Source: Nannocystales bacterium
GTDB lineage: Bacteria > Myxococcota_A > Polyangia > Nannocystales > Nannocystaceae
Length of the DNA stretch: 64,000 nt
Assembly (NCBI GenBank): GCA_050633305.1
Contig: JBOEGF010000013.1
Span: 32,001 to 96,000 of the forward strand
Reading direction: 5' to 3'
Of the stretch, positions 49,605 through 57,922 are shown one piece after another. The stretch's first letter is position 1; each line of letters starts with the position of its first letter. A model generated the notes under the pieces. That model was not told the origin of the DNA and searched no databases. It saw only the letters and a program-made list of their open reading frames with translations. The translations under genes were made by a program, and so were the position numbers.

Positions 49605-50977
49605 TCCCGGCCCTCCATCTCCCCGAACTCCAGCAACGTGTCGCGACCCGACTTGTGCTGCAACAGGACCCATTCCGGCGTTCGAACGGTTCGCTCGAGT
49701 CGCACCTCGTCGAGAATCCCCTCGAACTGCCGGCCGTGGTTGGAGCGGTTTCCGATCGCAAGCGGAAGCTCGACATCCGTCACCAGATCCGCATCAGGCA
49801 CGGTGCCGGTGCTCGCCAAGACCTGCTCCACGCCGTTGAGGTAGAAGCGCGCAGCGCTCTGGTCCCCCTCGACCGCGATGTCGACCGTCACCACGACATG
49901 GGACCACGTCGCCAACGAGATGGTGTCCGGTGCAGTGCTCCAGCGAGTCGAATCGCTTTCCCCGACGAAGTTCAGCCCGAATGTCAGCTCTCCTGCCTGC
50001 GACAGGTACAAGAGCCACCCTCCGGAGGTCCCTTTGTCCAGGATTCGGCCGTAGCCGTTGTGCCCCCACCCCCACGGCCGAATCCATGCGGAGACCGTGA
50101 CGCCGCCCAAGAAGAGGTCGTCGATCGCCGGAGAGGACGCAACTTCCAAGCGCGAGGTCTGGGTCAGCAACTCGGCTCCCTCGAAGATCTGCCCTTGGGT
50201 CGTGCCCACTTCGCCGAAGGCGACCGCGTGTTGCCCGTTGGCTGAAGAGTCCTCCGTCCCCTCCGCCATGTGCCACACGGCCGCGTAGACGTCGGGCCAG
50301 ACATCGCTGAACACGTTGGAGGTCTCGGCGACCGCATTGCCATAGTAGATCCAGAAGTGATCGTCGGCGCCTCCCGAGACATCGACGCTCGTCCAAACCA
50401 TCGATGTTCCGTTCGGGTCCCAAGTCTCGATCTCATGGGGGAGAACGCTGCCGGTCGACGATACGAACCGGAGGTCCTCGGCGTCAGCCTGCATCAGCTC
50501 GTAGTCGATGCGTCCCGGCCCGAGACGTACGGCAACCGGAACGTCGCTTTGCAATCCGTATGCACCCGCAGCGACCGACACCCGTCGGCGGTACGACCAC
50601 TCGCAGTCCCACCAATCCTCCGGACAGCCCGCCCCCATCGTGGCCCCGGTGCTGGAGGTGCCTTCAGACGAAGCGGTCTCCGCCGGACCCTCGGAGCTGG
50701 AGCTTTCGAGCCCGCCCGCCGTCGAACTCGTGACGTCCGCCATCTCGGTGTCGGCCGTACACTCCCCTCCGAACGGCGGCACGCTGGCTTCGCCAAAGCG
50801 GCGACCCGACGGGCAGTCGAGGTCGGGAAAGCTGCACGCCCCGTTCGGCTCACACACGCCTTCGCCGCCGCAATCGTTCACCCCGTCGCAGAAGAAGAAC
50901 GCCTCCTCCTGGCAAGCAAGCCCTACGGTTGCCGCGAGGAAGCCGCCGGCCCACGCGGCGAGTGCCGACCATCGCAT
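49601..50977 (-). CDS. Lipoprotein with DUF2341 and LamG-like jellyroll domains
   Basis: VGLAC; WSYRR, DLRF, HEIE.W, IYYGN; TVSAWI, WSHVVVT, F.G.LDEVR. Confidence 0.85.
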   Translation of the reverse strand: MRWSALAAWAGGFLAATVGLACQEEAFFFCDGVNDCGGEGVCEPNGACSFPDLDCPSGRRFGEASVPPFGGECTADTEMADVTSSTAGGLESSSSEGPAETASSEGTSSTGATMGAGCPEDWWDCEWSYRRRVSVAAGAYGLQSDVPVAVRLGPGRIDYELMQADAEDLRFVSSTGSVLPHEIETWDPNGTSMVWTSVDVSGGADDHFWIYYGNAVAETSNVFSDVWPDVYAAVWHMAEGTEDSSANGQHAVAFGEVGTTQGQIFEGAELLTQTSRLEVASSPAIDDLFLGGVTVSAWIRPWGWGHNGYGRILDKGTSGGWLLYLSQAGELTFGLNFVGESDSTRWSTAPDTISLATWSHVVVTVDIAVEGDQSAARFYLNGVEQVLASTGTVPDADLVTDVELPLAIGNRSNHGRQFEGILDEVRLERTVRTPEWVLLQHKSGRDTLLEFGEMEGRE

Positions 50978-51172
50978 CTCCCCGATTCTACGCGATTCGA
51001 GGGTCGCTCGGCGGACTGCGGCACTCCGGGAGTCCTCAGGTGCGCCCATTCTCCTCAGGGGCACACCGAGACGTACAACCTTCTCGCTCCGCAAACTCCG
51101 CAGCGCGTTTTCCGGTGTGGAGCCGGCGGCGTGTCCAAGCGGAGCCTGTGGCGTCCGCCAAGGGCCGTCCGC

Positions 51173-53332
51173 TCAGGACGGGAGCCACAAGTTCACGACG
51201 AGAACCGACGGCGTGCCCAACTGCATGCCGGGGATCGCATCCTGGAACCGACGCCACATGAGGACGGGCGCCAGTCCCTGCGCGAGGATCACCTCCCGCA
51301 GTGCGTCGAGGACCTCGGCCTCGCGGTAGCGACACGTCGAGGGCGCGTGCCACTGAAGGAGGGCCTGGGAGTCGATCGCGAAAGCGTACCCCGTGCGCCC
51401 TTGGTATCGGACCAGCTCGATCCCGTTGGCGCCTGAGCGAACAGTGGGCAGCGGTACCGAACGCTGCACCCCCTCAGCCCGCCAGACGCGGTTGAAGCGG
51501 CGCTCGAGAGCGTCTCGCAAGGCAACCCAGACCCGTTGCCCCGCATCATCGACAGGCAAGTATTCCTCGCCATTGCCACTGAGTGCGCCGAAGCAAACCC
51601 GAACGTCCGAGTACCAGGTCGGCATGCCACGTTGCTCGAGAACGACTTTCCGCTCGCGAGTGACAAAGGCCCCCTTGAGATACTGACCGTTGTCGGGCGT
51701 GGGGAACGGGCCAGACTCGGACCATGCTGCAGCCCAAAAGTCTTCAAACGTGTCGAAGGTCGACAGCATCGGGATATCCCGGGACCGTGGATCGGGCACG
51801 GGGCCCGCCACAGGGTGGCCGTCGGGAAACTCCCACCGGGCCGAAACAACCTCTGCGACCGAAAACGAAGACGTGAGGAGCTCCAGCAGAAGCGACAAAG
51901 CACGCACGGGTTGGTCGACGTTGGTCACGATCACGGAGATGTGATCGCCGGCGACCTCTCTCAGCATGCAGGTCGGGGAGAACGCGCTCTCCCACCCTGC
52001 GACGACGGACTGAAGCAACGCGAACTGTCGTCCCTGAAGACGTTGGGAGAACCCAACGATGCAGTGGAGCCTGGTATCGCGGCCGCATCCCTCGTAGACC
52101 GGATGCGTCAAGCCACCCGGGGGGACGACGTGTGTCTCCGGTCCAGGCACGAACACCCGCACAGGCGCATCATCGGGCGCCTGGACAACCGCAAGGCCGT
52201 GCGCGAAAGACTTTGCGGAGGTCAACGATGGCGGAACTCGAAGGGCGCCCTGCATGTCGACGTACCCCCAACGCCCGTCCTTTCGCACGGGGCAACGCCC
52301 ATCTGCGAACGCGCCAACGTCCTCGTAGAACCCGGGGAGTTCTGTGCCGTCCGTTCGAAGCAGTGCCCAACCCTGCTCACGGTGTTTCACGGACGCGTGC
52401 CCTCCGACGAAACTCCGTAGGTCTTCGTAGCGATGCTCGACCGCCAGCGAACCGTCCGCGCGGAGGAACCCCCACAGCCCGCCCTTGCTCGCGAAGGCGA
52501 ATCCACCGTCGACAGAGCCCACCCGTTCGTAGGCGCCGACCACCGTCCCGTCTGGGAGGAGCAAGCTCCACGTCTCGCCGCGTTTCACCGGCCAGACGCC
52601 GGCCTCCTTTGCCACCCCCACATCGTCGAAGCCCGCCCCCAAGACCCCTTCCTTGCCGAGAATTGCGCAACTTCGGTCCCGGATGGCATTCGCCGCACCG
52701 TCGACGATTCTTCCGATCTTGTCGTACTCCGGAGCGTGAACAAACCGCCCATCTCGATCGATGATGCCCCACCGACCGCCAACCTTGACGCGTGCGAACC
52801 CGTCCACGAAGTCCGTCGCCTCCTGGTACGGCCCCGGCAGCACGACGCTGCCGTTCACGTCGAGGTAGACATCGCCTGTCGGTGTCGCCGCGACCACCAG
52901 ACCGTTGCTGTAGATCCCCATGAACTTGTACGTCGGGGGCAAGACGACGCGACCCTGCGTGTCCATGACACCCCACCGGTCAGCATCGAGAAACGTGGCT
53001 CGCCCCTCATGAGGATCGAGTAGGACGTTGCATGACATCGGTTGCATGCGCGGCGTTCCCAAGCCGTCGACCAACGACCAAGAGCCGCCGCGGACGGTTC
53101 CGTTGACCCGGTTGCCTCCGTCATTGACCCGTGCGAGTCCCTCGAACAGGGGCTCGATGAAGTCGTGCGGCGCCCCCAACGGGTGTCCTCGTCCATCGAG
53201 GAGCGTCATTCGCCCATCGGGCAACACGACCTGTGCCGTCTCGTGCTGAAACGGGTGCGCAACCCGAAATGCCCCTGGAAACGCCTGCTGTCCCGTCGGT
53301 CGAATGTAGTGGAAGCCGAGTCGAAGCGTCAT
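51173..53332 (-). CDS. WG-repeat protein with C-terminal unknown domain
   Basis: Multiple F.EG.A.V...G.WG.ID..G repeats; no signal peptide. Confidence 0.85.
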   Translation of the reverse strand: MTLRLGFHYIRPTGQQAFPGAFRVAHPFQHETAQVVLPDGRMTLLDGRGHPLGAPHDFIEPLFEGLARVNDGGNRVNGTVRGGSWSLVDGLGTPRMQPMSCNVLLDPHEGRATFLDADRWGVMDTQGRVVLPPTYKFMGIYSNGLVVAATPTGDVYLDVNGSVVLPGPYQEATDFVDGFARVKVGGRWGIIDRDGRFVHAPEYDKIGRIVDGAANAIRDRSCAILGKEGVLGAGFDDVGVAKEAGVWPVKRGETWSLLLPDGTVVGAYERVGSVDGGFAFASKGGLWGFLRADGSLAVEHRYEDLRSFVGGHASVKHREQGWALLRTDGTELPGFYEDVGAFADGRCPVRKDGRWGYVDMQGALRVPPSLTSAKSFAHGLAVVQAPDDAPVRVFVPGPETHVVPPGGLTHPVYEGCGRDTRLHCIVGFSQRLQGRQFALLQSVVAGWESAFSPTCMLREVAGDHISVIVTNVDQPVRALSLLLELLTSSFSVAEVVSARWEFPDGHPVAGPVPDPRSRDIPMLSTFDTFEDFWAAAWSESGPFPTPDNGQYLKGAFVTRERKVVLEQRGMPTWYSDVRVCFGALSGNGEEYLPVDDAGQRVWVALRDALERRFNRVWRAEGVQRSVPLPTVRSGANGIELVRYQGRTGYAFAIDSQALLQWHAPSTCRYREAEVLDALREVILAQGLAPVLMWRRFQDAIPGMQLGTPSVLVVNLWLPS

Positions 53333-53420
53333 CAACAGGGGAGTGATCGGGAGCCCGAAAGGGTTCGGAAAAGGTTTGGAGGCCACGGCTTGACCCCGCG
53401 CGCCTGCACCATCGACGCTC

Positions 53421-56129
53421 TTGGAGGTGCTCGAGCCGGACGACACAGCGAACCTCGTGCGCGCGGCTCCTCCCGCGCAATCGGGCGTGGATCGCGAAGT
53501 CGGATTGTCCGCGGTCCTGCAGACCGTGCTCCGTCGCGAGGAGCGGGTCCGCGTCGGCCGGTTCATCGTCCAAGGACGCCTCGGCGCTGGCGGGATGGGT
53601 GCGGTGTACCGGGCCTGGGACCCGCGGCTGGAACGGACCATCGCACTCAAGCTGCTGCTCCAGGCGGATGAGAGCGGTCAGCGGCTTCGCCATGAAGCCA
53701 AAGCCCTCGCCAAGCTCAAACACCCCAACGTCGTGGCGGTCTACGACGTCGGCGAGGATGAGCAGGGCGGCTTTGTGGCGATGGAGTTGGTCGATGGCCC
53801 GACCCTTCGGACCTGGGTCGAGACCCACCCCGACGGGACGGCCCGAGCGGTGGTCAAGATGTTCGTCCAGGCGGGTCGAGGGCTTGCCGCGGCGCATGCC
53901 GTTGGCGTGGTCCACCGCGACTTCAAACCCGACAACGCGATCGTCGGAAGCGACGGACGTGTGCGAGTTGTGGATTTCGGCATCGCGCGGCTCCGCGGAG
54001 ATCCGGATGCAACCCCCACCGCAGGCACGCCCAACGCCATGGCTCCCGAGCAACGCCGCGGGGATGTCAGCGACGCGCGAACGGACCAATACGCCTTTTG
54101 CTTGGCCCTGCAACGCTGCCTTCACGCACACGACGACGGCGCCTCCAGAAGGCAGCTCCCACGGGACTCCCGGGCAGCGATCGAACGCGGCCTCGCGGAA
54201 GACCCGAACGACCGCTGGCCTGCCATGGACGCTCTTCTGGAGGCCTTGGAGCCACCCACCCGGTCCCGGCGACGGTGGCTCGCCTTGGGCGTGATGGCGG
54301 CGTCGCTCGCCGGCTTCAGCGCGCGAGGCTCGGCCGACTCCTCACCCTCTTGCCCCGAGCCGCGGTCCGACGTCGCCACATCGTGGACCCGGCACAACCG
54401 CGATGCGCTCGAAGCGAAGTTCCGCGAGTCAGCAACCCCCGGGGCTCCGGAGTTCCTCCGGCGTATCGATGGCTTCGTCATGTCTTGGCAAGACGCACGG
54501 GTCGCCGCGTGCGGACTTCTCCACACGGAGAGAGGCGAGCTTGCCGCCACCGGATCTCGCCGGCTCGAGTGTCTGGACCTCGTCGCCGACGGCCTGAACT
54601 CATTCACAACAGACCTGGTCGCGAGGGAGGGCGACGCGCTTCGATATGCCGGACTTGCCGTGCAAGCCCTACCCCGCCCTCAAGACTGCGCAGCCTCTCA
54701 CGATACGCTCGTCGGCTCGCTCCCAGACGGCGCACTGCTCCTGGAGATCCAGGCCGGACAGGTCGCCCGTCGACTGTTCGACTTCGACGGCGCTGTGGAG
54801 CGGATCACCCCGGCGTACAAACGCGCGACAGCTGAAGGGCTCCATCGACTCGCCGCGACTGCTGCGCTGACGCTCTCCACCCACGACAACGACGAACACG
54901 ATCAGCGACGTCAGTGGGCAGAGCGAGCGTTGGCGAGCGCGGAGAAGGCCCAGAACACAGACTTGATGGTTCTGGCCTGGATCAATCTGAGCTACACCGA
55001 CGCGAGTTCCGACCCGCCGGGACCCTGGGAGTCGACGCTGGAGCACGCGGTTCGCCTCGGCGCTCCCGCTTCACTCTCCCCGGCTACGACCGCCAGGCTC
55101 GCCGTGGCTCAGGCCAATGCTGCGATGCGTCAGGGGAGACACGCCGACGCACTCCCGTACCACGAAGAAGCGATTGCGGCGTACAGCGGAGACGGACTCA
55201 ACGCATCTGCGGCCTCGATTCACTGTGACAAAGCCCAGGCCCACGCTGCGTTGGGACAGATCCCACTCGGGCTATCGGAGATCAAAACATGCCTCGATCA
55301 GCTCTCGACGACGCTAGGAGCCACCCACCCGCACCTCTTCGTCCGGCTCGGGATTGGCATGCAGATCTCGCTGATCGGCAACGACCCTCGACAGACGATC
55401 GAGCTGGCCAATCGTGCCATCCCTATCGGGCGCCGCGGCCAATACCGAGCCAGGTTCCGAATCGCGCCATACACCTATGGAGCCGGTGCACACACCGAGC
55501 TTGGGGAATACGAGGATGCGGTGGGCCTGCTCGAAGAAGGTCTCGCGGTCGCGGAGTCACTGGAGAGCACAGATGCCGAGGCAAGCATCCACGCACAACT
55601 CGGTAGCACGCTTTCCGAAGCCGGCGACTGTGTCGCCGCACTACCGCACTTCGACGAGGCACTCGTCCTCCTGCGACGAGAACCTGAGTCCCATCTAACC
55701 CAGGGGATCACCTTACTCAACCGCGGCGAGTGCCTCGCCAAGACCGGGGATGGCGACGCCGCGATGGCGGACGTCGAGGGCGCCTGGGAGGTCTTCGACT
55801 TCCCACAGACCAGCACCCTCGGCCTCAAGCAGGTCAGGCTCGACGCCCAGGTAAGCCTCTTCGCAGGACGGCTCGAACGAGCCGCCGAAAAGCTCGCCGT
55901 GGTCGAGGAACGCGCCGAGTCTGTCAGCCTTCCACCCGCGGACTTGGCGTACGCTCTGTACCTACGCGCACGCGTCGAAGCAAAACGTAACAACGCCCCG
56001 CTTGCGCACATCTACATCGACCGTGCGGAGAAGGCCTATGCCGGGCACGTCGACGGCGCCAGAAGTCGGTACCGCGAGTTTCAAGCGTGGCTCGGAGAGT
56101 ACGACCTCAACCATCCGGCCCCGCCGTGA
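53421..56129 (+). CDS. Ser/Thr protein kinase with TPR repeats
   Basis: GAGGMG, IALK, HRDFKPDN, DFG, GTPNAMAPE; TM segment; TPRs. Confidence 0.92.
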   Translation: MEVLEPDDTANLVRAAPPAQSGVDREVGLSAVLQTVLRREERVRVGRFIVQGRLGAGGMGAVYRAWDPRLERTIALKLLLQADESGQRLRHEAKALAKLKHPNVVAVYDVGEDEQGGFVAMELVDGPTLRTWVETHPDGTARAVVKMFVQAGRGLAAAHAVGVVHRDFKPDNAIVGSDGRVRVVDFGIARLRGDPDATPTAGTPNAMAPEQRRGDVSDARTDQYAFCLALQRCLHAHDDGASRRQLPRDSRAAIERGLAEDPNDRWPAMDALLEALEPPTRSRRRWLALGVMAASLAGFSARGSADSSPSCPEPRSDVATSWTRHNRDALEAKFRESATPGAPEFLRRIDGFVMSWQDARVAACGLLHTERGELAATGSRRLECLDLVADGLNSFTTDLVAREGDALRYAGLAVQALPRPQDCAASHDTLVGSLPDGALLLEIQAGQVARRLFDFDGAVERITPAYKRATAEGLHRLAATAALTLSTHDNDEHDQRRQWAERALASAEKAQNTDLMVLAWINLSYTDASSDPPGPWESTLEHAVRLGAPASLSPATTARLAVAQANAAMRQGRHADALPYHEEAIAAYSGDGLNASAASIHCDKAQAHAALGQIPLGLSEIKTCLDQLSTTLGATHPHLFVRLGIGMQISLIGNDPRQTIELANRAIPIGRRGQYRARFRIAPYTYGAGAHTELGEYEDAVGLLEEGLAVAESLESTDAEASIHAQLGSTLSEAGDCVAALPHFDEALVLLRREPESHLTQGITLLNRGECLAKTGDGDAAMADVEGAWEVFDFPQTSTLGLKQVRLDAQVSLFAGRLERAAEKLAVVEERAESVSLPPADLAYALYLRARVEAKRNNAPLAHIYIDRAEKAYAGHVDGARSRYREFQAWLGEYDLNHPAPP

Positions 56130-56721
56130 CCCACTCCGTCGAGAGCCTTCTCAGCGGTTCGGACAACCCCTTGCGACCAGCTTGGCGCTCCAGCTCCTGA
56201 CGCAGAAGTTTTCGCGCTCGATGCAAACGGCTCTTCACCGTTCCGACCGGGACCTCCAAGACCTCTGCGAGTTCGGGGCCACGAAGCTCCTGCCAGTACG
56301 TCAGCTCGAGAACGACCTGCAGCTCCATGGGAAGCGCTTGCACGGCGTCGAGGATGGTCTGCTGCTCCTGCCGAACGCGAGCGAGCGTCGATGGGCCGCC
56401 GTTGAGGTCGATGGCCGATGTCACCGCCGCGTCGAACTCAAAGTGCTTGTTCCGCCGCTGGCGTTCTCGAATCGTCTCGAACAAGAGGTTTCGAGCGATC
56501 CCGTAGAGAAACGCCCGGAAACTGCCGCTGTCTCGCAGCCTCGCGCGCCCTTCGGCCGCCCTGAGAAATGTCGCCTGCACCAGGTCTCCCGTGTCCCCAC
56601 GGGTCTTGGTGGCAAAGAAACGCACCACCCCATCGTAGTGCCGCCGGATGAGGAACTCCGCCGCGCCATCGTCTCCCGCGCACCACGCCCGTGCAGCCTC
56701 TTGGTCGGTGGAGTACTCCAT
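56107..56721 (-). CDS. ECF sigma70 factor
   Basis: DLVQATFL, SFRAFLYGIARN, ELAEVLEVPVGTVKSRLHRAR. Confidence 0.92.
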   Translation of the reverse strand: MEYSTDQEAARAWCAGDDGAAEFLIRRHYDGVVRFFATKTRGDTGDLVQATFLRAAEGRARLRDSGSFRAFLYGIARNLLFETIRERQRRNKHFEFDAAVTSAIDLNGGPSTLARVRQEQQTILDAVQALPMELQVVLELTYWQELRGPELAEVLEVPVGTVKSRLHRARKLLRQELERQAGRKGLSEPLRRLSTEWVTAGPDG

Positions 56722-56810
56722 CGCACGCGTTCGCCCGTGACAACGTACCCCGTCCGCGGCCCCTGGGGGCCCGCTTCAGCGCTCTGTCCTTCTACCAGCA
56801 CCGAGGTGCC

Positions 56811-57803
56811 CTAGCGCCGACCTCCGCGCACGTCTAGCTGCAGACGCATCAGGCTTGGGTGCGGATCGCTGGAGAAGAACGGAAATGCTGCGTTGGCGAT
56901 GTAGAGACCGAAGCGGTCGGCGCCATAGCGACCGAACAAGACCGCGGTCGGTCCATCGAGCCCGTCGTTCTCGTCGAGTAGAGTCTCGACCGACCCATCC
57001 GGGCTGATACGAAGCACGGTGTTGAAAGGGTCGGTGCCGCAGTAGAGGTTTTTCTGGCGGTCGAACGCGAAGTCGTCACACCCGACATCGGCCACGATGC
57101 GAGGTTCACCACCTTCGGGAAACGGGAACGCGACGATCTGGGCCGAGTTCGAGTTGGAGACGTAGAGTTCTCGGCGGAAGATCTGCACGCCGTTGGGGCC
57201 AGGAAAGGGAACGTTGGGGTCGCTGTCCAACAACGGATGCTCGGCCCAAATGTAGGGGTCGCCTCCATCGAGCGGCACCGCCCAGACCTTTCCCTCAGGA
57301 GCGGAGTCGGCGACGTAGACGGTCCGTCCCCGCTTCGCGATCCCGTTGGGGACCGCGGTCACCGGGAGTTGGGCTACGAGCTCGGTTTGGCAGTCGGGAT
57401 GGACAACCCAGACACCGCGGTCGGCCGGGTCCGATGCCGAGACGCTGACGTAGATGTCGTCGTGGCGATCGATGACCATCGCCCCCATGATCCCGGAGAA
57501 TGTGGTGGGGTCGAAAGGCCCTCCGATCGGAAGAAATGCGTGTGTCGACTGCTGGCCGTCGGAGCCTACTCGCACGATCTCTCCGCTCAGCGCCATGCTG
57601 ACAAAGAGGTCGCCATCGGAGCCGATCACAAGGCTTTCCGGGGTGTCCCCGAGGGACGGGTCGAAGGTCGCGATCGTCTCGACATCCCCTACGTTGGAGA
57701 CAGGGGGAGACGCGTCGGTAACGGCCGGCTCGAAGCACGCGAGCACGGCAGCAGCCAGTCCAACTCGAAGCAAAAAGCGAAAGGTTCGATGAGGGTGTTC
57801 CAC
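56811..57803 (-). CDS. SMP-30/gluconolactonase-like lipoprotein (paralog of 9326-10414)
   Basis: VLAC lipobox; TPES, GIMGA, PNG, GCDDFA, GLDGPTA, NAAFPFF. Confidence 0.85.
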   Translation of the reverse strand: MEHPHRTFRFLLRVGLAAAVLACFEPAVTDASPPVSNVGDVETIATFDPSLGDTPESLVIGSDGDLFVSMALSGEIVRVGSDGQQSTHAFLPIGGPFDPTTFSGIMGAMVIDRHDDIYVSVSASDPADRGVWVVHPDCQTELVAQLPVTAVPNGIAKRGRTVYVADSAPEGKVWAVPLDGGDPYIWAEHPLLDSDPNVPFPGPNGVQIFRRELYVSNSNSAQIVAFPFPEGGEPRIVADVGCDDFAFDRQKNLYCGTDPFNTVLRISPDGSVETLLDENDGLDGPTAVLFGRYGADRFGLYIANAAFPFFSSDPHPSLMRLQLDVRGGRR

Positions 57804-57884
57804 TGGCCCGACGTACGGTGAAACCCCTGCGGTGCTAGGTCGCAGATCATATTGGGACGCACTCCAGCGTGGCATCTAACCTGT

Positions 57885-57906
57885 CCCTTGGCACAGGTGC
57901 CAAGGG
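57885..57906. other. Perfect 10-bp inverted repeat (operator or hairpin)
   Basis: CCCTTGGCAC-AG-GTGCCAAGGG between the kinase stop and the SMP-30 gene. Confidence 0.6.
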
Positions 57907-57922
57907 CATGTCACCCCAAAAC

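Noticed and set aside
57885..57906. TTGGCAC as a sigma54 promoter or intrinsic terminator
   Set aside because: No GC at -12 on either strand and no U-tract; kept only as a palindrome.
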